DNA from: Octopus vulgaris
Lineage: Eukaryota
DNA: 64,000 bases
Assembly (NCBI GenBank): GCA_951406725.2
Contig: OX597815.1
Location: 92,132,001-92,196,000, forward strand
Direction: 5' to 3'
Position 1 is the first letter of the stretch; each line of letters begins with the position of its first letter. Positions 1-14,185 of the stretch are shown piece after piece. Both the position numbers and the translations under genes were made by a program. The notes below the pieces were generated by a model that worked only from the letters and a program-made list of their open reading frames with translations, did no database searches and had not been told where the DNA came from.

Positions 1-959
<959 letters not shown>

Positions 960-1139
960 TAATGCAAAAGTTTTCTAAGTACAAAACATTGCTTTTTCAG
1001 AAAACGAAAAAATAGTTTCACCATTCCATAGCAAAACTGTTGTACTACACTTTGACAATTTTTGATATCTTGGCATCTGAAGTAGCAGGAAATACGATAG
1101 TTTGACCAAAAGAACTGCAAGCAAAAATAAATATTTTTT

Positions 1140-1295
1140 TCTACTCTAGGCACAAGGCCTAAAATTTTTAGGTGCTCAGTCAATTAGATTGACCCCAGTA
1201 CACAACTGATCCTTAATTCATCAACCCCAAAAGGATGAAAGGCAAAGTTGACCTCAGCAGAATTTGTATTCAGAAGGTAAAGACAGACGAAATAT
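1140..1295 (-). mobile_element. SINE fragment, same family as 31420-31785
   Basis: ggatgaaaggcaaagttgacctcagcagaatttg is the reverse complement of the 31510-31545 core. Confidence 0.75.
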
Positions 1296-1639
1296 GAGTA
1301 ATACTGAGAAAGGTGGCTTAGTACCAGGCAATGAGAAGTTAGAGTTTGAATAGGGAGAGAAATAGATGTCTTTCCACAGAGGAGATACATGGCTACCCCA
1401 GCTAATGAGAGGCAGGAAAGATAAGATGGTGAAGATGTAATGGAGCAGGGATGGAGTAGGATGAATAGATGGGTAAGTTCATGAGAATGCAAAAGAAGAG
1501 TTGGAGATGGTGGGAAGGGTAATATAGCAAGTGGGCACAGATAGAGAGAGATGGTGTTAGGAGGATATGTTGTGAGAAGAGATTAAACAGGGACATAGAG
1601 TGCAGGTAGGTTTGCTCTTGTTTTTTTACATCACTGGCT

Positions 1640-2570
1640 GCATCTTTTGAAGCTCAGCAAATTGCTATCACCATCTACACTGTAAGGTTCAACATCTGAA
1701 AATCATTTCCCCTCATTTTGTCTTCCTCTTACACAGGTTCCCTCCACATCCAAAGATCAGCACCCCTTTATGCAGTTGTTTTGATTATTATGCCGCACAC
1801 ACCACCTGATGCCTCTTATACTCAATTTCTCTCTCAAAACACACTGTTGTACATGCACACTAACATCCCACTGTTGTTCATGTACAAATATCATACTATT
1901 TGCCCTTCACTCTGACGGAGAGGCCTTTTGCTACCAACAAAGGTAATAGCTCTTTGAACTTTGCTCAACCAGTTCTTATCTAACTTTCAGAGCATCATCC
2001 TTCACTGCTAATATGATCTCTTAAGTCACAAAAATTATCTACTCTCTCTAAGGACCCCCCTGGGGATTTGATGAAAACTATTTCTTGTGTGCTCGTAGTG
2101 TTTACTGTTCCTGTGCATCTGCCACACACAAAAACTACTCTCTTTGTTAACCTACTTGTGATTTCACTGCACCTAGCTTGCACTGGGCATACAAAACAGA
2201 ATTTTTAAACACTGAACAGAGTGTATAAAAAGTGATTTGCAAAGTGATTTGTAATTTGCTTTCCTGAGGTGGGAGTAATACTGAGAAAGGTGGCTTAGCA
2301 CCAGGCAATGAGAGGTTAGAGTTTATGATTGGACCATCATATGAGAGTAAACTTGTCAAAGGATTTCCCCATGTTGACAAATGTACAGCAGTTTATTTTT
2401 GGCTAAATACTTCTGCACTTGTCATAAAACCAAATTTCATCTCATCTAGGTTAATGCGCTTTCTGTATGACCCTTTCTGTAACTTTTATGACCTAGCCCA
2501 GCAATTTGATACTTCTGTAATTATTTCTAAGGTACATCCACTGTTGTAGCAGCTGACAATAATGCTGCTA
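1640..2570 (-). mobile_element. highly decayed RTE LINE
   Basis: Collinear similarity to 25800-27140, e.g. gagaggccttttgctaccaacaaaggtaatagctctttgaactttgc. Confidence 0.6.
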
Positions 2571-3470
2571 CACTAGTTACTGGATATGACCCATACTTGG
2601 ACAACCCAATTAACTACAGAAGTGACTAGGATACATCTCACTACCAGATATTTGAAGCATCTTGGCGATAATTCCTGATGAACCAAGGGCTTTCTCAGTC
2701 TCCACAGCCTTAATAATAAACATGAAAATTTGCTGTTGTTTGACCATAGGCATATTCTCATAATCAAAAGCATTCCAGCTGCGACTATCTTTTCTTTGTA
2801 AGCCACACCAATTGTAACTAGAGTTTCAAATGCATCTCAAAGACTAAACCTTTTCTGTAAGTTAAATACTACTCCAGTTGTTGGCCATCCACAAAGCATT
2901 CTATATAGTACTGTTCATATATCTAAAACTATGCTGTTTTCAAGTAACAAATTTTAGAATTTTGTAGGGCTAGAAAAGGTGATGGGTACTGTTTTTTAGG
3001 TTGAAATTTCCAAAACTTGAAAATAGAATATGACAGAGGAAGAATAACATTAAATGGTCACTAGCATGAGTAGAAAGTATGCCAACAAAGACAATGGAGC
3101 TTGATGCAGTCTCCTGGCTCTTGGTTCTTTAACTATCTAACCCATGTCAGCATGAAAACAATGATAAATAATTTGCCTTCATACTAGCTGGAGTTATTAC
3201 AAGTAAGTGCAAACTGATAAATAACAGCTAAAGTGCTTTAAATGCTCATATTTACAAGACTTCATCAGAACTTGTATAGATAGGAATACATTAATACCAA
3301 ACTATATAGAAATACTTATATAAATTCTATTTTTTCATGTTGAACAAACATTTTACAATAGTTTATAAATTCCTTTTCAGAAAACCAGTTGGCAATATAT
3401 TATTCAATTATGAAATAAAACATGTCCAAAACCAAAAACCTAAACAAAAGCAAAAAATCAAATATTTTAC

Positions 3471-3630
3471 CGCTTCTCGTCGTCGCCTCTCCTGTTCTTT
3501 TAATCTTTCTCTTTCTTTCTGAGCATGCATTCGACTCATTTCTAGTTCCTGCAATCTAACAGTTTCTTCATGCTGAGCCAAAGCTTGTGCCTTTCGAACT
3601 TGTTCAAAAGCTTCTTCTTCTTCACGTTCT
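3471..3630 (-). CDS. BRD4: BET long-isoform exon, start of CTM (P-TEFb-interacting domain)
   Basis: [13 protein letters not shown]...[15 protein letters not shown] matches BRD4 [10 protein letters not shown]; 160 nt, phase 2/0. Confidence 0.93.
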
Positions 3631-6600
3631 CTGCAAGATAAATATTTTATATAAGAACTCATCTAGATAAGACAAAGATTGCAAAGCATAAAAAACATTA
3701 CCATCATTAAAATGTGCAATTTTGAAACAGACAGACCAAGGATAATGCTTCAACAAATATTTACATTGCAGAAATAACATTTTGAGAAAGTAATTTGCCT
3801 TATTTGTATGTAAATTAAGGCAGTTCCATTTTTTTAAACCCACCCTGTCTGACAAGAATACTGAACTATAATGAATAGTGAAATTTCTTTTGGAAGCTAA
3901 TGAAAATAATTTTCGAAATAGTTAACAAAGAATTATATAATGTATAAGAAATAAGATCAGAAATACATTAGCAACATTCAAATGACTGTCAGTGTCTACA
4001 GTATGAGAAATGCAACTCTTACGAGTTATAATTACTTTTGTCAGTCACTGGGCAAGGCCTGATTACCAATCTCAATTTACACACATTTAAATGACAGTGT
4101 TTGACACCAGAAAAACTAGGCACATATTCCAAAAAAACTTTGGACATTAACAGTTATATTTTGGTGGAAGGCTGTTATTCTCAAAGACAGATTTTCTTTT
4201 TGGTGCAGTATGTTGCAATAACTTCTAGCTGCAGTTGAGATTCAGCTAATGAGAAAATCTTTGTAATTGCATATAAAGTAGCAGTCATAAAAATTTACAA
4301 CTTTCATACTTGTTTCTAAATTTCTAAATTTTGTCACTTGAAGGGACTGTGGAATGGATAGCAAAATAGAACTTAAAAGTTAACACACAAATAGTATAAT
4401 ACAGTAAGAAGCTAAAACCAGTTTGTGAACATCACTGAAAGAAACATGGTCCTAAAATGCAAAAATGCTGTATCTGATGATAACAATAGCATCACTGTGA
4501 TTTTATTTGCTATAAATTAATGCTAAGAAATGCCACCAGTAACCATTTCATCCCAAAACAAAAATAAATGGCATCGTCTAGAAACATTAACAACAAAAAA
4601 ACTTTGTTCAAATTTAAGGACTAATAAGGAAATACTAAATATAAAAATAAGCTCTTTATAAACAGTTGTGCCTATGAATACAACTTGCATGAGCTCCAAA
4701 TAGCTGATTCTAGGGAGGAAAGATTGATCAAAGTGTATGGTGCAGAGTTTGAGGTAATGGAAAGAGGACATAGGTGAATTAAGTATGGTCAGGAGTGGTG
4801 GTGGTAGACAACTTGCAAGTTTAGATAAGCCAGAACAATTATAGTTATAGCAGCAAAAAACAAAGAAACAGCAGCTAATCAGTATAAATGCAGATGTAGC
4901 GAAGTTTCAACATGGTCTTTTCTCAGAAGCCGTTCTGAATGTTGATGTGAACACACACTTTGTATAAGGTCAGTAACTGTTTTTGACTTTATTTATGTCT
5001 GGCATGGTGAACCAAGATAATAATGGCATACAAAAAAATCAGTGAGGAGTAAAGAAAGAAAAAAAGAGAGACAGACTGTCAAGTACAAATTGTGAAAACA
5101 CTTGCTCCCACCTATAACTGCAAATGTACAAATTTACAGACTCCTCCAGCCAAAAAAAAAAACCCCAAATAAACCCAAAGACTATGTAATAAGGATAAAT
5201 AATATAATCTTAGTGTGGGATATTTAATCACTATTCCACTTTGCCTGTTATATAATTGTTTGAACATTAGTCTCAATAATCTAGAGATATTAGCAATAAA
5301 TTTCTTCACCTTTGACGTTCCCATTCCATGCGTTTCCACTCTCTGTCAACTTTTTCCTGTCGACGTTGTTCTTCTTGCTCTTTTAATACTCGATCCTGAA
5401 GATAAAATTGGTAACCGATAACCTTCATTGGTTCAAATTAGATAACAGTGATCTTGTAAGGGTTATTTATATACAGCACAAAGGTATGTTTAATTTGTTA
5501 TTGCTGCAGCACAAGAATTCCTGCTGTTCCGTATAGGCTCTGTTCTTAACTTGTATGGAAGCAATAAATCAATTGTGGGGGAAGAAAATTGGTATACATA
5601 TGATGAAATGAATTTTACACTTAAGGCATTTGCATCGCACTTTGGGCCGTATAAGGTGAGGAGTAAAGTGTGGTTGACTGACCTACCAAAAATCCATGTA
5701 GTTGGTATGTCAGTTGAATTAGACAACTTTGGAAATAACATATCTTTAAAAGAATCCAAGACTAAAGAGTTCAATGAGCTCTTTAAAACCAAAAGCTCAT
5801 TTTGAGTGTGACAAATAACACATGAATCGCTGTTCTAAGGTACAACCATTGTAAATCTGAACTAAATATAGACTACAGACAGCAACTCTCACCTCATAAT
5901 CTATCTGCGGCTTTATATAGCTAAGGTGCAATCTCACCTGGAATTTGCATCACCGGTCTGGAACCCCTATCTTGCCCAGGATATTAATCATCTGGAAGCC
6001 ATTCAGCAACGTGCAACCAAGACAATACCCTCCATCAGGCATTTGCCATATTCTGAACGCCTTACTTCCCTGGGCATGGATACATTGAAACTCTGATGCC
6101 AGGCAGCTGACTTGGCAGATACTCGTAAAATTATTAACCATCTTACAAACAATAACTCTGAGCACCTTTTCAAACTCCACCTGTCTAACACCCGTGGACA
6201 TGTTTATAAAGTCAGAAATCAGCACAGCTCCCACAACTTTCAGAAATGTTTTTTCACGCTAAGAGTTACTGAAGCATGGAACAAACTGCCGACATCAGTT
6301 GTCGGAGCACTGCATCCTTCAAAACTTCCATGCTTCCTGAGATTCACCAACACTACACCTGATTTTCTCCCCTCCATACACACGCAAGCATGTATCTGAC
6401 TCATACACTGTTCACTTTCCAGACACTTGTACATTACTGCATATGCTTTATACGCACTTTTGACAAGTTGTGGTGCACCTGAGCACTGTATACAATAATT
6501 TCATTATTATTATCATTATTATTATTATTATACTGTAAATTGGGCACACTTGTTTTTCTTTATTCAATGCTTCAGATACTTCATAAATGTAATATAAAAT

Positions 6601-9600
6601 AACAAATTATCACTATTCAGAGAACTTTACAAAAATAAAAACAAACAAAAAAAAAACAGCTAAGCAATTTGCTTGAATACTGGGTTATCAAACCAGTATT
6701 TTCTGGATAAACAGTAATACTATTAAATAAGTAAACATTTAAAAAAAGGAATGATATATTACAAATACTCATTTTATAAAGAGAAAAATAAAACTTCCAA
6801 GGTAAACGAACCCTTTCTTCTTTCTCTTTAGCTTGTCTACGGAAAACTTCAAAACATTCCATAGCTGGGGTCTTTCTCACTGTACTGCCACTTGTATTAC
6901 TATTTTTACCTAAACTTGACCATGATACAGCATTATTCAGCCTGATGTCTTGCTGCAAAAAAACCATCAAATACTTTTTATAGTATTACCAAAAATAAAA
7001 GTTAAAACATTATTTAATCAAAAGAAATGTGTAAAAACAGTCATCATCATTTCCATTAAAATTTTTAGAAGTTAATTCGCAATCATTATCACTCTGCTTA
7101 ACCATGGGTCATCTAATATGTTAACCCAATACCCTAAGATCTGGCCTATTTATTTCAATTCACATTCTCCATACCAAATGTAGGTTATCATGGCTAACAT
7201 TACAAAGTCAATAGAGAAATAATCCATTTTTATCTAACTTCTACATCCAATATCTTTGTCTCAATACCAGCAAACATACTGACCACAAAACATACTGAGA
7301 TTATTTTAAAGCCTTTAGTTCATACCTTAGCATTTCCCTTTTTTGTCTTATTATCTTTTTTATTGTCAACCAGAGAACCTATACCAAATGACAGACCAGA
7401 TCCAGCTGGAAAAAAAGAAAAAAAAGAAAATTAAGCTCAAAGAAACTACACGACAAAGAAGATCTACTCACTTTTTGGATAACAATGTATTAAAACAATT
7501 ATTCCTGAAAACCTGTTTGAACAGGTACACAAAAATTCATACCAAGGGGCGAAAGATAACGGAATCCAATTATAAAATACTAATTGTAGTTTGTCAAATA
7601 TTCAATAAATATTCTTTAGCAAAATTTTTTTCTGTCTATCAAGGAAATATATGTTTTTCCAGTGACCATTTTGTAGAAGCACAATCAAGTGGCAACATTC
7701 AAGACAAAAATGGATAGCCCATCATTTCATACCTTTTCCAACATTTACAATTTTGCTGACATCCCAATTAGATTTTCTTTGTTGTCTCTCAGCTAAAAGA
7801 AATTGTCAAAAAACACGGAGTGAAAAGAGACAGCAGTGTGCATTGAGCAAGGCAACAAAAAAGAAGAGAGGATGATAAGAGTGACGAAGAGAAACGCAAT
7901 AAGCAGGCAAATGGAAGCAAGGATAAAACAAGAAGTGATGTAATCAGACAATAAATACACAAAAAGTACTAAACATGCATTTAAATCAAACCATGCATTA
8001 AAAGATGTGGACGATAGAAAGTGAAAGATGTTGGTATATGGTAATATTTATGTTTCCCTCAAACTTTATATATTGTTTTAGCTCCTTCATAACTATATTT
8101 CTATTAAAATACAGTGCCTACAAGTTGAAATTAGTCTTGAAAAGTAATGATAAAGTTCTTATATATAATTATGATGGTTTTAATTTAAATATATGACCAT
8201 CAGAAAATGGGAGGTTTTGTATCACAGAATGAGAAGTAGTCATGGGAAAATACAGCACAGCAAAGTCTGAAAGCTTGCAATGAAGACAGCTTCATGCACA
8301 GTCTAGCTATTTCAAATTGGTGTATTGGACAGTGGTGTTGATTGTGACCCAACACATAGCAGAAATAAAGTCTGACACTTTCTTGATAGCAAAAGTCGAT
8401 ATCCCATATCCCTAAATATTGGGGGTAAATGCTTTTAATGATAGATAAAGCAAAATCTGTAAGGCTACAATTTGATTAGGTTTGATATATTTCACACTCC
8501 AGGAGGGAATAATTTAAAAAAAAAAAAAAAAAAACCCCCACCAAGTAGTATGCCTCCTGTGTACTGTTAAATTTTATTGTACAATTTACCACCACCAATA
8601 ATCAATGGCTATTTATTCCTTGTCTGGTGTATAAAATGCTATTTCCCATTGTGTACTATTAGCCACATTTCACATAAAAAACTGCAATGAGAAACCTCAA
8701 AGCTTGACGCTCAAATATTGAAGATGTAGCAATAATCTATTAAGTTCAGATTTATCAATTAAGAAAGCTAAGCTGCCAAATAGTTTTACAATAAAATGAT
8801 AATTATAAACAGCACACCCACCACCACCAAAGATGCAAATTGGCTCCCAAAACAACCTATTTCTAAATAAAAGTAGAAAATATTAAAAGGATACCAAAAG
8901 CATTTTTGACAACAATCAGTGGCAAGATTTGGTGAAATGAAATTTTCTACACAACATTTATACCCAGAAGCTTTTGCTAGTCTTGATTACTAAAATTATA
9001 ACACAGTGACAAACACTTATAACAAAGAAGTGACAAGTGAAGACAGTTATTTCCTACTTACAGACAGTGCCACCAGAAGCAGACGTTTTAGGACTTGGTT
9101 TAGGACTGTTAGATTCCTCATCACTCATGGGAAATTTGAAAGCTTCTTTTGCCCTTTCAGCTGGAGGAGTCTGAACAATAGGTGATGGTGGCCGCAATTC
9201 TGGGAGGGATTTCAATGGAGATGAAATAAGTGGAGGAGGTGATCCAGGTTTTGCATTATTTTGTGAACTTGCCAAATTAGCTGCAGGAACATTACTACCG
9301 GAATTTACTGAAAATAATATGTTACAACAAATTGGAATTTACTAATTTAGTTTGATAAAGAAAACTTGGCAGGCATGATTGATTTTATAATATAAATTGT
9401 TATATACGTTTAACCATAGATTTCATCATCTCTTGAACATTTCTTGTACAATATAAAATATGCAGGACTAACCACAAGATAATGAGTTCAAACTTTGCTA
9501 TACTGAATATGTTGCTTCTTAGCACACAAATATATTAACTCCAGTCATAAAATTATAACATGAACAGTTTGCAGCTTTGTATTAAGCCAAAGACTATAAG

Positions 9601-12600
9601 AATAAGAAAGCCATTCTCAACTAAAGGCTATCTTTTTCTGAAAATACTTTTAACAACTGCTAAAAGACAAGTCTGTTAACTAAAGGATGACATAGTAAAA
9701 TTGGCACAAGTAACCCAACAGCTGTTAATTTGGAGGCAAAATAACTGACAGAAGAATAATCACCTAATTTTCAATACAAGATGTAGCAGTCATCAGTATC
9801 AATGAACTAAAGTTGTTAACAAAATACTTAGCTTTTTCATTAACCAAAGGAGGAGAAAGGATAACCCCACCTCAAAAAACCCCATCTTATTGCCAACCTC
9901 AAATCCTTCCATGAAATTACCTGAAGAGGTATGGGTTCTGAACAAACCTATGGTTTAACTGAAAATGAAGTATTTAAGTGGTGATCCATATGTCAATAAA
10001 GTACCCAAGGAAGAATACAGTAGTAGATGCCAAAGTGTTCATTGAGGTCACTTGATTACAACAAATTGTAAACCAGTTTCATCCTAAATTTGTTATTTTG
10101 ATATTTAATTTCAACAAATTCAGCTTCACAAACAAGCATATGAATTAATTTTACAAATCAAGTTTAATAACAAATACAAGTCAAATGAACAAAATGTAAT
10201 GTGAGATTGTGCCACATGTTAAGAATTAGCATTAAATCATGTGATAAGGTTACTCATTAAAGGTTGCCAACCAAACAAGGGGGAGATCATGAAATCAGAG
10301 CTAAGTAAAGTTCCGAAAAAGACCTCAGGAGCTAAAGAGATATCTACAAACACATTTATTACATTATCCACGATTTTCAGCTATTTTATTTTCTATCAGT
10401 AAAATACTAGCCTCTCAAACATATATCAAATATATATCTTTTTATGTTTGCCTACAAGTATATATTTTTAATTTGCATATCATTATAATTTATATGTATT
10501 AGGCATTACTGAAAATAAACACATAAAAATACTAGTGAAAATAGCTTAAAGCGATATAAAAAGGTTCTGAATGAGTACTAATTAAAAATATCTGCTACTT
10601 CCATCCATGCAAACTTTAAGAAAATTAACATGATGTATCTTAAAACTTCAAATTCAAACATTCTGGAGAAATCTTACGCAACTTTACAATAGAGAATTAT
10701 GTTATAATGTTATAGAACAGAAATAAAAGACCGCAACAAAATACTTTTTGAAAGTGAACTGTGTATAAAAGTATACAGAATATATGACTGAAGCATAATT
10801 TAAAGGTTGTGCTTCAAATTTAAAAATTTAATTGGAAGATACAATTTTAAAGACATTTGAAAATAGGGAGTTAAAAGACATTACTCAAACTCATAGGGCT
10901 GTGTCCTTTTATAATAGTGTTACATAACAACTTACTGGTTGTCTTGATCTGTGGTTTAACAGTTGCAGTGGCTGTTGGCCGACTAGGTTGCATTGGAAGT
11001 GAATGTGTAACAGGCTTTGAGTTAAGAGGAGGAACCGCTGTAGGGAAACAATAACTTTTATTAGTACACCAATATATGGCCAAACACAATTTAGCCAGCA
11101 ACACTGCAGCAATCATGATAGTTGAGTGTTGCTTCTATCACAAGTGTAGACCACTATACTATTGGATTAACTATACTAAATGGGCCCTGGTGGTAAATTA
11201 ATCTTACGTGTAACAAAAATTTATGAGAACAAATACAACCAATTAAAATAAAATGTGCAAAACTATTGCTTACAACATTTTACAACAAGAATAGAAAACA
11301 CTGATGTAGAATTTAATTTTACTTCTTTTCAAAGCTGGTAATGTCCCAAGCTTAGGAAGAAGTTTATCATAGACAGACAGGTACTAATTTAAGTTTCCAA
11401 CGGTTCTAGTTCAAATAATACATGAATACAATCAAGACAACCATTATGTAATAAATAAGGAACCCCTTTTGTACTTTTATATGAAGGACCGGATATTTTG
11501 AAGTAAGTTTTTTTAATATTTTTTCAATTTGATATATCTGGATGTTTATTTTGGTATATTTTGGTTATGACTGACTCAAAGAGACAAAAAAAAAAAAAAA
11601 AGTAACTATGTACAGAACAGGTACCTACCAACAACTGCAGGTGATGTGTTGGCAGGTTTGTGCTGAATCACTGATGCTGGAAGACTAGCTGGTGGTGGCG
11701 CTACTGAGGAAGCCATTGTTTGTTGTTGTTGCTGATAGTGATGATGTTCAGCTGCCTGAGTCATTTGGGTAGGTGTATTTCCTGCTACGGGACCGGTAGC
11801 ATTACGCTGCATGTGATATGGTTTATTATCAGCTCCTTGTGACTGAACATTTCCCCCAATGGTGATCTTTACAGATGGTGACATTGCTGGACTAAGCTAG
11901 AAATAACAGCAAATGAGGTTATATTGACATCAGCTAAAATTTATTTCTTTACAATATGAAAAATTCAGGAATGATATTATTTCCAATATAATCAACTGTA
12001 AGTACATAAGTGGACATATAGAATCAGTATAAGATAATATCAAAATTTAGCTTTTCTAATTTCTCAATCATATTTTCAAGTAGTAGCAATTTGCAAAATA
12101 AAATTAAGATGAAAAGGGAAATATGTAGAATAATTTATATAATAGAGGCAATAAAACTTTTGGTACGACACTAACATAAAGTAACATTTCAGAGAAACAC
12201 TAAGCCACTGAAGAAATTCCGAACAGATACGTTTTTCTTTAGAGAATGTGTGCATGTTTGTGCGCACGCATGTCTATCCATATATATGTGTGTGTGTGAA
12301 AGTACACAAGTTCATAGAGAATTCAACTAAGTAGTATAGCTTAAAGACATTTTCTACATAAATGTTGACTTTCATATCTTACCTTTTGTGGTTCACTCTT
12401 TGGTGCTTTCTTACGTGGAGTTTCTGCAAAGGAAATCAATATATACAATACAACTAATTAGTTTGTAAAACTGCTGTGCTCCTTATTGAAATAGAGAAAG
12501 ATAGAATGATGTATTGTCTGAGCAGCCAGCATCCACACTAATCTTTTATAATCAATCTAGCTGAATAAATATAAAATATGTACATTTACATGCATGCCCA

Positions 12601-14152
12601 CAAACATACAAAAATTTCATTTTTTGCTAAAAATAATTTTATTGCTAATATCAACCATGGAACCTAATTGTTTCAAGATGAGAAGAATATAATAATTTGA
12701 AGGTGGCACACTTGAGATAAATTGTTTGGCAGATTTGAAAGAAAAGAAAGAAATAGCTATTGTTTCAAATGAAAATAAGAACATCTGTATATGAATGGCA
12801 GTTGGCAATGTTTATATTTTTTCATTTTCATATCTAAGCATTTTAAGAGGAAAATCATCGTACTGTAACAGACACTCATTGTAACCAAGAAAAACAGCTA
12901 CAGAAATAATTTACAAATGTTAGTTCTATTGATCACAGTGATAAAGAAATTCACTGTCAATGTAACAGTTAATAGGTTTTTAGGATGAAAGGAAAGGGAT
13001 GGCATTCCAGAAGAGAATTGAAGGGGAAGGGAAAAAAAACCAAAAGAAAATAATCGAGAAAATTGTCACTGTTCACTGCCTAGCAATGTAATCATTACCA
13101 ATAACTGTGTGAGCAATGCTTTTTGTCCCCACCCTCTACTTAGGATGTAACTTCAGGAATAGATGCTCAGTTAATGCCATTGTATCTTGAAATAACACAT
13201 TTTCCAGTGGTCTAATATGGATCTTTGAAGTTTCAACATAAACATCAGCTATGAAACATTAAAGAAAAAAATTAAATATGTAAAACCCTTACCAATTAGA
13301 AAAGTTACATACACACATGATAGTGCAAGTGTGTGTGCACATGTTTGTGTCCAGTATTTACTAACACCTACCTCATGCCTGTACACTCACCAGAATCATC
13401 TTGCAATGAACTTACAAATTCAGAGAATAATTAATAGCTAAACTTGTTATTTAACTATCACAAAAGTTCTTCCTTAAATAAAAAGTGGATTGACAAGTAT
13501 TAAAGTTAAGAGCTGAAAGAAATTCTACCAATTTAAAATCTATTAAAAAAAAATTTTAAAAATAATAATAATAATTACAGTGGTTCATTGATTAAGTTAA
13601 ATCCACATTATATTAATCACAAAGTATATTATTATTTTGTATGTTAATTAACTAAATGTCAGTATTTTTTATTTATTATTACTTCCTACAGTTGGAATAA
13701 CCTATGAAAAATAATTGTGTGTGTTCGTATGCACACACACACAGCTTTCAGTCAAAAATTGTTTTATTGTGTAGTTCATGCCTGAAACTGTATAGTTTTC
13801 AAATCAATAGTTTCCAGTTAGTTAAAATTGATGAACCCAGATATTTAAAGACTCATAATCTCTAACTTTAGGATTAAATATATTTGAGGTTAGTAAACAT
13901 CCAGATGACACTATTAATACCTCTTCACCTTCTGCTGTTTGATCTTAAATGAACATTCAGCAAAATCTTCATTCAAATTTGTAGACCATTAGTTTTCAAG
14001 GTCTTGAGGAGATTTTCAATTTAGCAACAATTTACAGAAACAATCTCAATACATTTAATGAAATATGGTTAAAAGATTTAAAACAAACCGAGATAGCTTC
14101 TAAAACCTTGCTTAAATTGCCATTAAATGTCTAATATATCTTATTAAAGCTA

Positions 14153-14185
<33 letters not shown>

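Noticed and set aside
1296-2324. 52-bp direct repeat at 1296-1348 and 2273-2324 as LTRs
   Set aside because: Too short, no TG...CA ends or PBS/PPT, and the interior is RTE debris; probably two dispersed-repeat fragments.
7543-7579. Possible small exon with gtatga donor
   Set aside because: 37 nt, breaks the frame and has a poor acceptor.
9921-9958. Possible exon with CAG|gtaatt donor
   Set aside because: The best acceptor gives 38 nt with an in-frame stop, and the nearest gives a 17-nt frameshift; there is no support beyond splice-like motifs.
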